A stretch of 64,000 nt of DNA from NCBI RefSeq assembly GCF_963921235.1, contig NC_086101.1:30194001-30258000 (forward strand), read 5' to 3'. Below are positions 36,465-50,935 of this stretch, piece after piece. The stretch comes from Mobula hypostoma (Eukaryota). Position 1 is the first letter of the stretch. Each line of letters opens with the position of its first letter. The position numbers and the translations under genes were made by a program. The notes below the pieces were generated by a model. The model was not told the DNA's origin. It did no database searches and worked only from the letters and a program-made list of their open reading frames with translations.

Positions 36465-37985
36465 CCTGGATGACTTGTATTTAGATGTTCCTTCATTAAT
36501 AAACTAATGCAATTCATTCTAATGGTAAAACTATTTTCGAAAGATATAAAAATGGACTTGGACTGGATAAATGCAGAACATTAAACCTAATAAAAGGTGT
36601 AATAGAACAAATGGAATACAAAACATAGCAGTACGGTACCATAAAACCGATGGATTAATAGGAAACATATAAATGTCTTGGATATCAGTAAGCCAAAAGA
36701 AATAGATCATAGTGGGATAAAGGAAACTGTTGTGACAGAATTTACTTCAATGCTTAAGAAAATCTCGCCAAATAGAGGTGAAAGGTAACCATATAACAAA
36801 GGCAATAAGCACTTTAGCTATACCTGTATAAATGTACTGTATTCTGTTGGCATAATATCTTAGTCTGAAACCGATCTGGAAAAATAACAATGAAAAGCAA
36901 GGGCGAAAAAGAAACGTCTCAAAAAACATAATGTACACTCGATTGAGTTTAGATTAACACAACCTTGGACAAAAGGGCGAAGAGAAATAGTGACCTTTAG
37001 AAATATGCACAACAGTCAGAGGAAACTTTTGTGGATATATATTCTTCAACGGAAAAAAGGATTACACAGTCCACACAATCGTGTGCAATTCTGATAAAAC
37101 GTATACACCACTAAAGTTAAATGAAAGCACCATCCAGAAAAAAATGTGAAAGCTGACCAATAGAAGAGTATTACCCTCCATGGAAGATATCCCAACGATC
37201 TGAGCCAAGTAGATGTCGACAAAGAAATGTCGAATGTCTCACTGAGAGTTCGAAACCTCTTCAATGAAACAGAAGGGTTTGTTTTGGCAATACAGGACTA
37301 GGTGGTTAACATATAAAACATCTGTCAACAATACATAAAAAACAATACTTTGAAGATGATAAATGTAGAAAATGCAAAGGAAAACCAAAAACAATCCAAC
37401 ACATCGAAGGATCCTGTAGCAGTTTAACACAATGTGATTACTCAGACAGGGACAATCAAGTTGCAAACGTCATTCACCAAAATCATGCTTTAAAATTAAA
37501 ACTCATAAACTAAATCATTGTTTTCTATAAGTACAATTTTAGAGTCAGAATATCACAAATTATATTATGACCGATCCGTTATTACAGATGGAACAATCCA
37601 TAATAACCGTCTGGAGATAATAATACAGGATAAACAAGCAAGGACAACTAACTTAATAGATATAGCCATTTTAAACACACATGACGTACATAAATCATTG
37701 AGAGAAAAACAGCAGAGATATGCTGAATTGAAAGAGAAAATTGACAAACTTTGGAAAATGAACAGGTTATCAATTCTTCCGACAGTAATATCTACAACTG
37801 GCATAATCTGAAGGGCACTACACAAGAGCATTATATAACTAGCGCTACACAGCAGTATCTATATAAATATCCAGAAAGCCAAAATACTAAACACCACTAG
37901 AACAGTCCAAATGTTCCTAGAAATTCAGACACGAGATTGCTTAGCTATGCCCATATCTCGGGTATTAACAGATTGAGCTAAGAAA
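36465..37985 (+). mobile_element. R4/Dong-clade RLE retrotransposon, copy 2 (RT end, Zn-knuckle region, RLE), degenerate
   Basis: HLDDL, FSKDIKMDLGLDKCRTL, YKCLGY, TEGFVLAIQD, KTIQHIEGSC, DNQVANVIH; ORF 37518-37811 NNRLEIIIQDK...LIDIAI...EKQQRYAELK..LW..PTVISTTG. Confidence 0.85.
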
Positions 37986-38589
37986 ATACGTTCTTATTTT
38001 TTAATAATAATGATGAAAAATCGGGAATAATTTCTTATTGTAGTGCCATTCAAGCACACATACATATCGTCTGACACTATAATCAGAATTGGGTCAGTAA
38101 CATGTGATTTCAAAATTGTTTCTGCACATGCAGTTTTTGACACATATGCAGTTTCAGGCGATATGAGCCATTCGTGTAACTACTTAAAATATTGCTGTTG
38201 CTTGAACATTATACCCAAATAACGTGGAATTCCTTTGGGGGACAGAAAGATAAGTAATGAGTAATGAATTTACGACTGCGTCTTTATAAAGTGGGGGGGG
38301 GGGGGCTCGTTGTTCAGATAGGAACCTCAGTACGGCCTACAATAACTTCTTTATCATTCTTCCAAACGTCTAACAATCATGGAGTAACGTGTTCAGCGGT
38401 TTCAAATATTCACAAGTCATAACTAGTTTCAGGAGGTTTTTAATTAACTTTAATATTTAAAAATGAATATTGTTAGTTTCATGAAGCCATACAAAACCAA
38501 ATCACTTGGCATCAATTATCTATCTTCTCTAATTTTGTTTTTCTTATCAGTGTCTCATTTCTTCTGACACTCTTATCAACATCCTTCTT

Positions 38590-41500
38590 CCCTATAAAGC
38601 AAACAAATGATATATCGACTTTTCCTCTCAGCCCAAATATTCTGCCATCTGCCCATGTTCCATCATGCTCGGATTATTCAAGAATCTGTCAGCCAATGCC
38701 TTAGCATACGCAGTGACTTGTCCTGCACAACTGTCTGTAGCAAGGAAATCCATAGATTGACCACTCTCAGGCTAAATAAGTTTCTCTTCTTCTAAAAGGA
38801 CATTGGTTTTGATGAGACTGTGTTCTCCAATTTAAAATTCACTCACTATAGAAAACATCTTCTCCACATCTACTCCATCGAAACCATTCATCATTCCATA
38901 TGTTTCCATCATGCCACCCGTCATTCTGCTGATTTCCGGTGAATTGAGTCCCAGAGCCTTCAAACATTCCTCATATGACAAACTTTCAATCCCACAATAT
39001 TTTCCTGAAGTGCCTTCGAACCCTCTCCGATGTCAATACATCCTATCTTAGATATTATGCCCAGAACTGCTTGCAATACTTCAGGCGATGCCTCACTAGT
39101 GCCTTATAAAGTCTCAAATTTACGTCATTGCTTTTATATTCTAGTCCTCTCGAAGTGAGTGCTGACATCCCACTTGCCTTACTCACCATCGGCTCAACCT
39201 TGAAATTAACCTTTAGGGAATCTTGCACGAGGATCATCAATAGCCCTTACATTTTAGATTTTTGAAATTGATCTCATTTAGAAATTAGCCTGTGCTTTTA
39301 CGTGTTCTACCAAACTGTATGATCATACGATTCCCGCCACTGTATTTCCTATTCTCCTAGTCGGACTAAGTTCTTCTGTAGTCTGTCAGGTTCATCAAAA
39401 TTACCTGCCACTCCACCTATGTTCATACTGTCGCAAACTTGACGACAAAGCCATCAATTCCATCATGGAATTTATGGACATGTAACATTAACAAAAAACG
39501 ACGGGAGCATCGACCTCTGTGGAGCAGTATTAGACACAACCAACCACAAAATGGCTCCCTTCATTCCTAGAATTTGCGTTCTGCCAATCAGCCAATGCCG
39601 GTATTTTTACTGTAATATCTGGAATCCTCAACTTGTTAATCATCTTCATGTGTGACAGCATGTCGGAGGCTTCTGAATATCCAAGAAACCATTATCCACC
39701 GATCCTGTTTCCTCTATCCTTGATATTTCTTGAAAGAATTTCAACAAAATTAGCAGGCAAGATTTTCTTTCGAGGAAACTAAGCTGTCTACGGCCAATTT
39801 ATTCATGTTCCCCTAAGACTACGAAATCACATCCTCAATAGCAGAATCCAATATCTCCACAAACCACTGAGACAAAGCTAACCAGGATAATTTCATCTGC
39901 CTCTCTTCCTTCTTGAACAGTGGAGTGTCAGCTGCAATTTTTCAGTCCTCTGGAACCATTCCAGAATCACTTGGTTCCTGAAAGATTATTGCTAATACAT
40001 CAACAAGCTCTTCAGCCACCTCTTCCAGAACCCGGAGATGTGTGCAACTGGTCCAGGTGCTGTATCTACCTTCCGCTGTTTCAGTTTGCCAAGACCCTTC
40101 TCCCTGGTACTTGAAACTTCATACACTTCTTACCCCGTCTCTCTCGAACTTCTGAATTCTCCCGTTGTCTTCCACAGTTATGACCGAATGAAAATACTTA
40201 TTCAGTTCGTCTGCCATCTCCTTGATCCCCATTAATACCTGTCCAACATCAGTTTCTAGCGGTTCAATATTTACTCTTGCCTCTCTTTTACCCTTTAAAT
40301 ATCGTAGGAAACTTTTGGTATCCTGTTTAATATTATTAGCTACCTTACCTTCGTATTCAATCTTTTCCTTCTTTATGAGTTTTTAGTTGCCATCTGGTAG
40401 TTTTGAAAATCTTTTCAATTTTCAAACACCCACCCTATTCTTTCCTCTAATATTTGGCCTTTATGTTAGATTTGAAAACTCTTGTCATCCACGATTACGT
40501 CATCCTACCTTTGGAGTGTTTCTTCTTTTGCATCTAAATATACTACGCCTTCTGAATTGCCCCCAGAAATTCCAGCCATTGCTGTTCGGCCGGCATTCCT
40601 TCTAGTGTCCATATCCAATCAATTTTAGCCAGCTTCTCTCTTATGACTCTGTAACTCTCTTTACTCCATTGTACTAACATTGCATCCGACTTTATCTTTT
40701 CCTTCTGAAATTGCCCGGTGAATTTTATCATTTTATCTTCACTGCCCCCGAATGGTGCCTTTACCCGAATCGCCCTAATCAATTCGGTTCATTTCACAAC
40801 ACTCAATCCCGGGTAACTAATCTCCTAGTGGGCCCAACCACGAATTGCTTCAAAAACCCATCTAGTAGACAATCTAGAAATTCACCATCTTGGGATCAAG
40901 CATCAACCTGATATTTTTCAATGAATATCGTAGCATTGTCTTGTTGGGTATTGATTTTCTATATACCGTTGTAAATAGCAGACCACATTTATATATATTT
41001 CAGTACAATGTATATCCTTGAAGGTTAAGTTTCCAGCTGTGATTTTGTTTCAGCCACAAATCAGTGATGCCAACACGTCACACATATCAATCTGAAACCG
41101 TGCTGAGGATTCATGTACATTATTCGGTATACTCTGTGCCTATAAACATAACACATTCAGTTCTGTATTCGCCCTTTTCGATTTTGTCCGTCTTTTACGT
41201 TGCAACTTATCCCGTTGACAGCAAATTTGCCATATCATCAAGCTGTCCTTACCAGCAGTAATGCTACACTCTTCCTCTATTCCTAAACCAACAGCCTCAT
41301 GCCCATCACTTCACTTCAGTTCCTATTCCTCTGCTAAATTACTTTCAGCCATCCGGAGCAGCTGTAGCAAACCTGCCCGTATATTGAACACGCTAGGGTT
41401 CAGATGCAAAATATCCCTTTTGCACAGGTCGTACCTTCCCCAGAAAATGTCCCAATAGCCTACTCCTGCCACAATCACGCATTCATCTGCCAACGTATCG

Positions 41501-41650
41501 TATTTTTGCCCTCACTAGCGCGTGGCACAGGCATCCTTCCGGAGATTACCACCCTGGGGGACCTATTTCCAGCATTTTGTCTAGCTCTCTAAAATCTCTC
41601 TTCAGAACCTCCTGACCCTTCCTCCTTACGACACTGTTGCCAATATATTC
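38590..41650 (-). mobile_element. old, degenerate CR1 including ORF1 esterase relic
   Basis: Minus-strand ORFs 39055-39240 (RLYKALVRHRLKYC) and 40543-40782; 41450-41620 is antisense to the SGNH ORF1 (EVLKRDFREL). Confidence 0.75.
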
Positions 41651-42946
41651 AAAGCCATGAGGCTTCTCGCCCTCGCCCTGTTTAGAAAGTTAGTACACCC
41701 ACAATCCGCAATATATGCCGGTAAAGGCAGGTGAACGTTTAAACACTGTTCTATTATATTTCGAATTGATTGGAATGTAATATATTTATTTTTAATAGCT
41801 ATACTAAGATTACTGGTATATTACTTTTCTTGGATTATATCTTGTATCTTCTGGACCTTCCTTTTCCGCTTTAAACTTATCATTCCTAAACGATCGACAA
41901 TAGGAGTTCAACTTTCAAATTTTACACGAGTTTGGACATAAAGCTCAATACAGGCCCTAATTCTGTTCAAAATGGAGGAGTGTAATCGGTTGAGAGGTAG
42001 TTTGCTTGCACCATCTTAACGTATGATGAAGAGTCAGTGGATTCAGGATTAATTGTTGTGAGGAGATTCTGATGAGGAAACTCGGTTGAATCTAATCATG
42101 ACCATTATACGGACGATTGCTAAAGAAATATTGTGATCGCATCTGGGAATATGTCCTCATGCACCACTCCGAGCAACAATAAATATAGATCACCACATGG
42201 AGTCCTGTATAGTATACATTATAATGATACTACTGTGGAGGGGCACCAGCATTTTATCGAGAGGTGTTTCGCAATATACGCTATTTGCAGTTGTTATGAG
42301 GGATTATGCACAATATCAGAACAAAAACAGAAGCTGCCGGTATATTAGTAAGTCAGCAGCATTTTTGAATTAAGTTTTCCGAAACTCTTAAATTAGTAGT
42401 CGCAAATAGTGATGTTTCATTCCAAACCATTGGATAAAATTGTATAGAAGTGTAAGGCTGTTTCGTGAAACAACAAAAAATACCTCGTAAAGAAAGACTA
42501 GGCAATAATATATATATTTCTTCTGTCTAACATCTTACGTAGTATCATTGTTGACTGCTGATAGTCGACTCGTCCTGTACGAAATCAAAAATGCCTGCTC
42601 ATCAAATTAAATTTATTCTTAAATTATTATTGTTTTATGAATAGTAAATTAATATATACGGACACACAGATACACGTAATTACGCACACATTCACTACAC
42701 ATTCTTGTTTGATTTTCGCACCTTTCTCCGTAAACTCTTTAGACACTGTGCGTAAAAAGTCCCAGGAAGTCAACAGATGTTGAGATACTCAAATCACTTT
42801 GTCTGGCACCATCCATTATTCCACGGTTAAAGAACTTAGAATATATATGTTCCCCAACCTGATGTCTGTTCTGATCATGCCTGCATGTTTTTAAGTACTG
42901 ACCAGCTGCCGCACGATTGGCTGAATAGGTATTCAAATGAGTATCC

Positions 42947-43075
42947 ATTCATTCATTCATTCATTCATTCATTTATTTATATATTGACTTATTTACTTAC
43001 TTGTGTAGCCTGTCTATCTATAGCTATACCTACATCTATACATCCATCCACATGTGCTTACCTATTCACTTACTT
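42947..43075. repeat. compound tetranucleotide microsatellite (ATTC/ATTT/ACTT/ATCT/CATC)
   Basis: cattcattcattcattcattcatttatttat...acttatttacttactt...tctatctatagctatacctacatctatacatccatcc. Confidence 0.8.
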
Positions 43076-44219
43076 CATTAATAGACAAATAGAAAGAAGA
43101 TCACAGATAACGTTTTAAGTAGGAAAATCAGTATCCTAGGTAATGAGATATATTTTTTCCCCAAGAGGAGAATTGGTGTCTCTCCAATGGCACTGCATCC
43201 TTTCTGACATACGTGGCCCCAAACTGTTGACAATGCTCTACGTGTGGCCTGACTCGCGTATTATAAAGGCTAGCATCATCTTCTTGCCTTTATAGTCTAT
43301 TTTCCTGAAGTAAATAGCAACGTTGCATTTGTATTCCAGACTCAACCTGGAAACTAATTTCTTTGAGTCTTGCACAAGGATTCTAAGTCCACCTGCACCT
43401 CTGATTATTGAAACTTCTTCCCATTTAGGTAATAGTTAATATGTTTTCTTGTAACAATGTCTCTACAATATTTTCTCCATCCGACAAGGTTATATACAGT
43501 TTATTTTGGGTAGCCACTGTTTGCATATGATTACCACAACACTTGAATACGATATATTTATGAAGGTAAAATAGAATGGGCCTGTCTGGCGCATATGAGA
43601 CCCGCGCAGCAGAAGAATAGGACGTTCACCGCCTATGTGCAACTATGATCCCAGTCCTTATCAGTCCAATCTGCTTACGTATGGTCCATATCCCTTTATT
43701 CTTTGCCAGATCGCAGAATTCTCTAAAAGCGTCCTAAACATTGCTATCCTATCAATTTCACTCACTGTTTCAAACAAAATCTTAGTGATTATACTATGCC
43801 CCGCATTTGTGACTCAATAGAAATTATTGGACGGGCAAACCGAGCCTTTGCAAAGGCTACGGGCAGTTTCCCCTGGATCATCAATCAACACGCTCACTGT
43901 CTTTTTTACACCCATGAGTTTATTTCAATTCAGCGTGAGGCCTGCTGCCTTCATGGTACAGCAACAAACTTCCAGATGGTTAGAGTACTTGGATCATTTT
44001 CACAGACATCTAAAAATTAAATTTTGCTGGTGTCAGATGCGTACATGTACTGGATCCAGAAAGTACTTCTTATCTCAGAAATTGCAGTTTTCACCATCAC
44101 ACTCATGACTGTGTGGCTAGGTACTGCTCCAACTCCATATACACGTTTCCTGACAATATTATGTGGACCATATTAAAGGTGATGATGAATCTTCATAAAG
44201 TGGGGAGATTGAAAATTTG

Positions 44220-44420
44220 GCGGAGTGGTGTAGTAACAAACTTTCACCTTGTCAATAACACCAAGGAACTGATTGTAGACTTTAGTAGAGGAAAACCAAA
44301 GATCAATGAACCAGTACTCATCGAAGGATCAGAGGTAGAAAATGTTCGTAATTATAAATTCCTAGGTGTTATTGTCTCAGAGGACCTGTTGTGGCCCATT
44401 ATATACCATGTAACATGCTG
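44220..44420 (+). mobile_element. Rex1-like fragment
   Basis: LVNNTKELIVDFSRGK...IEGSEVENVRNYKFLGVIVSEDLLW. Confidence 0.75.
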
Positions 44421-44439
44421 GGAAAGTTTTCATAGAAAC

Positions 44440-45090
44440 TTAGAAACATAGAAAATCTACAGCACAATATATGCCCTTCTGCCCACAACGCTGTGCATAA
44501 CATGTTCTTACCTTAGAAATTACCTAGGGTTATCATTGTCCTCTATTTTTCTAAGCTCCGTGTACCTATCCAGGAGTTTCTTAAAAGACTATATCTTATC
44601 CATGTCCAGCACCATCGCCGGCAGCCCATTCCACGCTCTCACCGCTCTCTAATGCGTAAAAAATAAACTTAGCCCTGACCTCTCCTGTGTTCCTACTTCC
44701 AAACACCTTAAAACTGTACCCTCTCGTGCTAGCCATTTCAGCCCTGGGAAAAAAGCCTCTGACGATCCACACGATCAATGCCTCTCATCATTGTATACAC
44801 CTCTTTCAGCTCACCTCTCATCCTTCATTTCTCGAAGGAGAAAATTCCGAGTTCACTCAACCCAGTCTCATAAGGCATGCTCCCCAATCCAGCCAACATT
44901 CTTGTAAATCTCCTCTGCACCTTTTCTGTGGTTTCCATGTCCTTGCTGTAGTGAGGCGACCAGAAGTGAGCACAGTACTCCAAGTAGGGTCTGACCAGGG
45001 ACCTATATAGCTGCAATATTACCTCTTCGTTTCTCAATTCAATCGCACGATTGATGAAGGGCAATGCACCGTTTACTTTCTTAACCACAC
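44440..45090 (-). mobile_element. CR1 3' end
   Basis: ORF 44825-45220 QLYRSLVRPYLEYCAHFWSP...VQRRFTRML; atagaaacttagaaacatagaa tail. Confidence 0.85.
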
Positions 45091-45659
45091 ATTTCGATAT
45101 CGGGGATATCTCTTTTTCCCTTATTAGAGAGAGACAGAGCCTGCGGTATGTCAAATACCGGGTGAACGAGTAGTGTTTGGGGCACCACAAGTCTGTGTCT
45201 TTATTGATGCTTTCCTGCACGCTTGACTGCTCGGTGGGGTGTGCCGAAGTCTTTTTTTTGCTAGTGGCCGAAGGGGATGTTGTCGTTGCTTTGCTGCTTC
45301 TTATGTGTGGGAGGGGGAGCTTGGAGGTGGTGGAGGGCTTTGGGGTTCTAACATTTTACTGTCGTTCATTCTTTGGGGTACTCCTCTGCTTTCGTGGATG
45401 TTTGCGAAGATGAATTTCAGTACGTATATTGTATACATTTCACTGACGTTAAAAATACCTTCTCAAACCTATTGCTTATCCAACCAATCAGACTCAATAT
45501 TGTAAGACGGCTTTGAAAGCGGCTCCTACGTGGTATTTCAAGCTGAAATAATTTCCGATTGCACGGAGTTGTCACAAGCTTTATTTGGAAGTGCATCGAA
45601 GACATTGTTTCCCCAAAATCGGTCCGGGTTATACAAACCAGAAGTCTTCAATAAATCGT

Positions 45660-46230
45660 TGAGTGCCTGTTCCTCTTTGTGCAAGGGATAAAACCTTTGT
45701 CTCCGGAGGCGAACAGGAGCTCAAGAAAGCAATATGGCAACACAGGGACAAAGTCCAGTCACAACTCTGCGGCAATGACATACGTAGGGCATGGCAAAGT
45801 CTGCACATATCGCCGACTTGAAGAGGAAACGCAGCAGTACGTTCAGATTGCCGACTCGCTCCCAGACGAGCTATCTGTATTTTTACGCTCGATTCGAGGT
45901 TAGTAGGACTGATCCACCAAGGAGAGCCGACGACGAGATCTGCACCTTGGTCCTTTCCGATGCTGAGGAACGTACAGGGCTCCAACGTGTCAACAGCCGC
46001 AGTGCCGCGGGGCCGGACGCCATCTAAGGTCGCGTGGACAATATGTATACGGCACAACTGGCTGATGTGTTTCCGGACATTTTTAATATTTCCTTTTCGT
46101 AGTGTGTAGTGTCCTCCTGTTCCAAATCGTCCATCATTATCGCCAAAGTAGCGTTTCTAAACGATTGGCGTCCTGTCGCAGTCACCCCAATTTTATGCAA
46201 ATGCTTTGAGAGGCATTTACATCTGCAGCA
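45660..46230 (+). mobile_element. Rex1-like RT N-terminal fragment
   Basis: SLPDELSV/FYARFE, LQRVNSRSAAGPDAI, LNDWRPVAVTPILCKCFER. Confidence 0.75.
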
Positions 46231-46964
46231 GGCTACTACCCACATTGGACCCGCTACAGTGGGCCCAAAGATTGGGTTTAGCCCGATACTTTGATTGCTA
46301 ATTGCCCGAGCCATTAAGTTTTGTGTACTTGTGTAGATTTCCAGCATTTATAAGTTCTCTTATGCAGGAATCTCCGGTTGATCTATTTCCCTTCCTCTCT
46401 GTTTAAAAATAATTTCTCATAAAAACACATTAGCAATACCAAGTCATACTAAAAATCAAGAAACATATATCGTCATGAAAAGAAACTGAATTGAAAGAAA
46501 ATCCATTTCCAACTACAGCTGTTATAGCTCTTGAATAATTATCGTACAGATCAATTATACAATGACTTAAGCCATGCTTCAGACAACTAATGAATTATAT
46601 AAAGACAAGAACTGGTACAGTTTGCAAATATTGCAATTGTCACTAAATTCAAATTTTCAATTTACATTTATTGAGGTTTTGTATGTAGTATACAATGAGA
46701 GATTCGTCATCCCGCAGAAAATCACAAAAAAAACGAATTACTATGGAATCCATTGAATGAAAAACTTCAAAAAAACCAATGCGCAAATGAGTGGACCCAT
46801 CACGTAAACAGTTAAAATTCGCCACGAAGGTTCTTTAATCGACATTCAAAAACAGCTAAAGCAAAAACATAACCAATAAAAAAGTGCCATTAATGTATCA
46901 TTCCAATAAGGCATGGTTAATAATTCTCCATCAGCACATCTAATCAGCAGTAAAATTAAAAAAA

Positions 46965-48170
46965 AATGAATGAAGGTAGAGTGGTAGATATAGTGTGTAT
47001 TGAGCTCAGCAAGGCATTTGATAAGGTACCATATGCAAGGCTTATTGAAAAAGTAAGGAGGCATGGGATCCAAGGGGACCTTGCTTTGTGGATCCAGAAT
47101 TGGCTTGTTCACAGAAGGCAACGAGTGGTTGTAGACGGGTCATATTCTGCATGGAGGTTGGTGATCAGTGCTGTGCCTCAGGGGTCTGTTCTGGGGCCAC
47201 TTCTCTTTGTGATTTTTATAAATGACCTGGACGAGTAAGTGGAGGGGTGGATTAGTGAGTTTGCTTATGACACAAAGGTTGGGGTGTTGTGGATATTGTG
47301 GAGGGCTCTCAGAGATTACAGGGGGACATCGATAGGATGCAAAACTGGGCTGGGAAGTGGCAGATGGAGTTCAACCTAGATAAGAATGAGGTGGCTCATT
47401 TTGGAAGGTCAAATAGGATGGCAGAATATAGTATTAATGGCAAGCTCTAGGCAGTGTGGAAGATCAGGGTGATCTTGGAGTCCGAGTCCATAGGACACTC
47501 AAAGCTGCTGCGTAGTTTAACTGTGTGGTTAATTAGGCATACGGTACATTGGCCTTCATCAACCGTGAAATTGAGTTTAAGAGCCAAGGGGTAATGTCAC
47601 AGCTATTTGGGACCCTGATCAGACCACACTTGGAGTACTGTGCTCAGTTTTCGTCACCTCACTACGGGAAGGATGTGGAAAGTAGAGAAAAAGTCAGGAA
47701 ATATTTACAGGCATGTTGCTTGGACTGGGGAGCAGGCCTTATGAGAATGGGTTCAGTGAACTCGGCCTTTTCTCCTTGGAGCGGCGGAGGATGAGAAGTG
47801 ACCTGATGGAAGTTTATAAGATAATGAGAGGCATTGATCGTGTGGATAGTCAGAGGCTTTTTTCCCCAGGGCTGAAATAGCTGACATGATAGGGCATAGC
47901 TTTAAGGTGCTTGGAAGTAGGTACAGACGAGATGTCAGGGGTAAGTTTTTTTTTACGCAGAGTTGTGAGTGCGTGGAATTGGCTGCCAGCAACGGTGGTG
48001 GAGGCGGATACGATAGGGTCTTTTAAGATACTCCTGGATAGGTACATGGAGTTTAGAGATATAGAAGGCTATGTGTAAACTTAGGCAATTTCTAAATTAA
48101 GCACGTGTACTGCACAACATTGTGGGCCGAAGGGCCAGTATTGTGCTGTAGGTTTTTCTATGTTTCTACG
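46965..48170 (+). mobile_element. 5'-truncated CR1
   Basis: ORF 46966-47238 [14 protein letters not shown]...[20 protein letters not shown]; 3' tail ttttctatgtttcta. Confidence 0.88.
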
Positions 48171-48499
48171 AACCTTGCAAAGGTCTTAGGTAGGATTAAG
48201 AAGTCATTAAACAAGAAGCCCTCGAATTAATATGCTCTGCCTAGAACACTTCTTTTCTGATTCAATTAATGACGGATATCTTGCATTTACTGAGCCGGAA
48301 TGATGAGGCTGTGGTCAGCAACCTTTAGTGAAGGTAAGATAGTCAAATGCTGTAAGTCTCAAAACACCCACTTGGTTGAATTTATTATTTTCTCAGAGTT
48401 TTCTTCCTTTTTCTGAAAGCTAAACCTACACAGTGGAGAGAAGAACAGTTAAAAGGCATTGTGCCGCCTCTGTACCTAAAAAAAAACAAGGTAGCATGT

Positions 48500-49680
48500 C
48501 TGAACGATTGGCTCCCTGTCGCACTCACCTCAATTGTAAGCAAATGCTTTGAGAGGCTGGTTAAGTATTACACCTGCAGTATGTTACTACTGAACCCCCT
48601 ATAATGAACCTACCGACGGAACAGGTCTACCGATCACACCACAGCTACAGCACCATTCTTACTCACTTGGAGAAGAGGGATGCATATGTTAGAAGGTTAT
48701 TCCTGGACTACAGTTCAACATCATCATTTCCTCCAGTCTTGCCAGGAAGCTTATAAACCTTGGCCTCCACCCCGGCTTATGCAGCTGGATTCCAGAGGTC
48801 CTGTCGGATTGCCGACACGTCGTAAGCATGGGCTCCCTCACTTCTGCCCCTCTGACCCTCAATACGTGCTCCAGGGTTGTGTTCTGAGTTTTTTGTACTT
48901 TCTTTACACCGACGAATATGCTGCCGTACTCAGCTCCAATCCGCTGATCGTATTCACGAATTTGCTCAGCCTTATTTCTAGCGGTGATGAGACAGCCTGC
49001 AGACGAGGGATTGACACACTGTAACAGCGGTGCCAAGGTAACAACCTCTACCTCAGTGTCCAAAACGTAGAATAACTGGTTGTGTATTACAGAAGGTACG
49101 GAGACAGGCTTTCGCCGATCAACATCAATGGGTCTGCAGTTGAGAGGGCGTGTGGTTTCAAGTTTCCCGGTATACATATCACCAAAGATCTCATCTGCAC
49201 TGTACACAGCGGCTCTATAACAATAAAAAAAACACAACATCACCTTTTCCACTTTAGACGACTGAGGAAGTTCAGCACTAGCCCCCAAATCAAGACCTTC
49301 TACAGATGAACGATTCAGAGCATCATGACTGGCTGTATCAACGCCTTGTAAGGGAACTGCACCAACCTTGATCGCTGTGCAGTACAGAGATTGGTACGGA
49401 CATCCCAGCGCATCTGTGGACGTGAATTTCCCTCCAATAATGGCATTTATAGCAGCAGATGCAGAAAGAAGGACTGGAAGTTCATCGTGCACACCAGTCA
49501 CCCCAACCACCCACTGGTTCAGCTACTGCCGTTTGGCAAACGGTACACCGGCTTTAAAGCCAGGACCAACAGGCTGCGATACAGCTTCTTTCTACAAGCC
49601 GTTAGACTTATAAAGTTACATGTCTGTCCATTGCGACGGAGTAATAACGCAAATTTTTTTTAATCGCTCACGTTGTGGGA
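48500..49680 (+). mobile_element. old Rex1-like LINE (RT to 3' end)
   Basis: ININGSAVERACGFKFPGIHITKDL; PNHPLVQLLPFGKRY...RTNRLRYSFFLQAVRL. Confidence 0.8.
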
Positions 49681-49769
49681 TAGATGTAAGATTTAAAGAA
49701 ATTCAATTGAAATTTAGATCTGCTCACAATACTCCGTGGGGCTCCACCAGTGCCTTTTAAAGATTCAGC

Positions 49770-50180
49770 ATTGCATTCTTGTATTTGTATTCCAGACTTT
49801 TTGAAATGAACGCTAACATTGCAATTGCGTCCTTCAGCACACACTCAACATTCAAATTAACCTTGAAACATCCGGCACAAGGACTCCCAAGTCCCTTTGC
49901 ACATCAGTCGTTTTTTTGTGTTTTTTCTCCATTTTGCTAATAGTCAACCCTTTCATTTCTTCTACAAGAATGCATGACCATACAATTTCCGTCACTGTAT
50001 TCCACCTACCATTTCTTTGTCCGTTCTCCTAATCTGTCTAAGTCCTTCTGTCGCCTCTCCACTTCCTCAAAATTACCTGCCTCTCCACCTATCCTCAAAT
50101 CGTCTGCAGTCTTTGCAACAAAGTAATCAATTTCATCATCCAAATCATTGACACATAACATGAAAAGGATTAGTCCCAGT
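49770..50180 (-). mobile_element. CR1 RT fragment
   Basis: Antisense RT signature (tcgtctgcagtctttgcaacaaag...tcatccaaatcattgac). Confidence 0.65.
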
Positions 50181-50599
50181 CACATCAGATCGGTTTTGGA
50201 CCGAGCAGTGAAAACACAGAAGGCCCAACACAATCGCACACTTACAGATAAGTGCAAATAAGGAATGCAATTAATATAAACTGTGTTGTCTAACTGTGAA
50301 TGTATGTAGCAGTGCGAAGAGGAAAATAGTGGGTACAACGGGGAAGACATTGAAGTGCGTCAGCAACAACGACAAGACAATCTTTGTGAAGAGTGAATGC
50401 GCGTGAGTCAAGAGTGTGTTTACCGATGCTGTCCGTCATTACTGTCAACGGCAATATCGTATAGAGGAACACGACCTACAGTGTTTATTTTCCATGATTT
50501 ATAAGCATATAAATGCATAAATATATGCAAAGCGTTTAATTATGTAAAACATATATTTGATTATTTTTCAGATTGATATCTTGGTCGACGCAGATATAG

Positions 50600-50935
50600 A
50601 AGCACAGAAAACATACAGCACAGTACAGGCCCTTCGGCTCACAATGCTGTGCAGAACATGTACCTACCTTGGAACTACCTAGGCTTTACCCATAGCCCTC
50701 TATTTTTCCTAAGCTCCATGTAGCCATCCAGAAGTATCTTAAAAGACCCGATCGTTTCTGCCTCCACCACCGCCGCCGGCAGCCCATTCCATGCACTCAT
50801 CGCTCTCTGCATAAAAAGACTTAGCCCTGACATCTCCTCTGTACCTACTTCCAAGCACCTTAAAATTATGCCCTCTCGTGCGAACAATTTCATCCCTGGG
50901 GAAAAGCCTCTGACTAGCCACACGATCAATACCTC
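50600..50935 (-). mobile_element. CR1 3' end
   Basis: ORF 50739-50921 RLFPRDEIVRTRGHNFKVLG; atagaagcacagaaaacatacagcacagtacagg tail. Confidence 0.8.
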
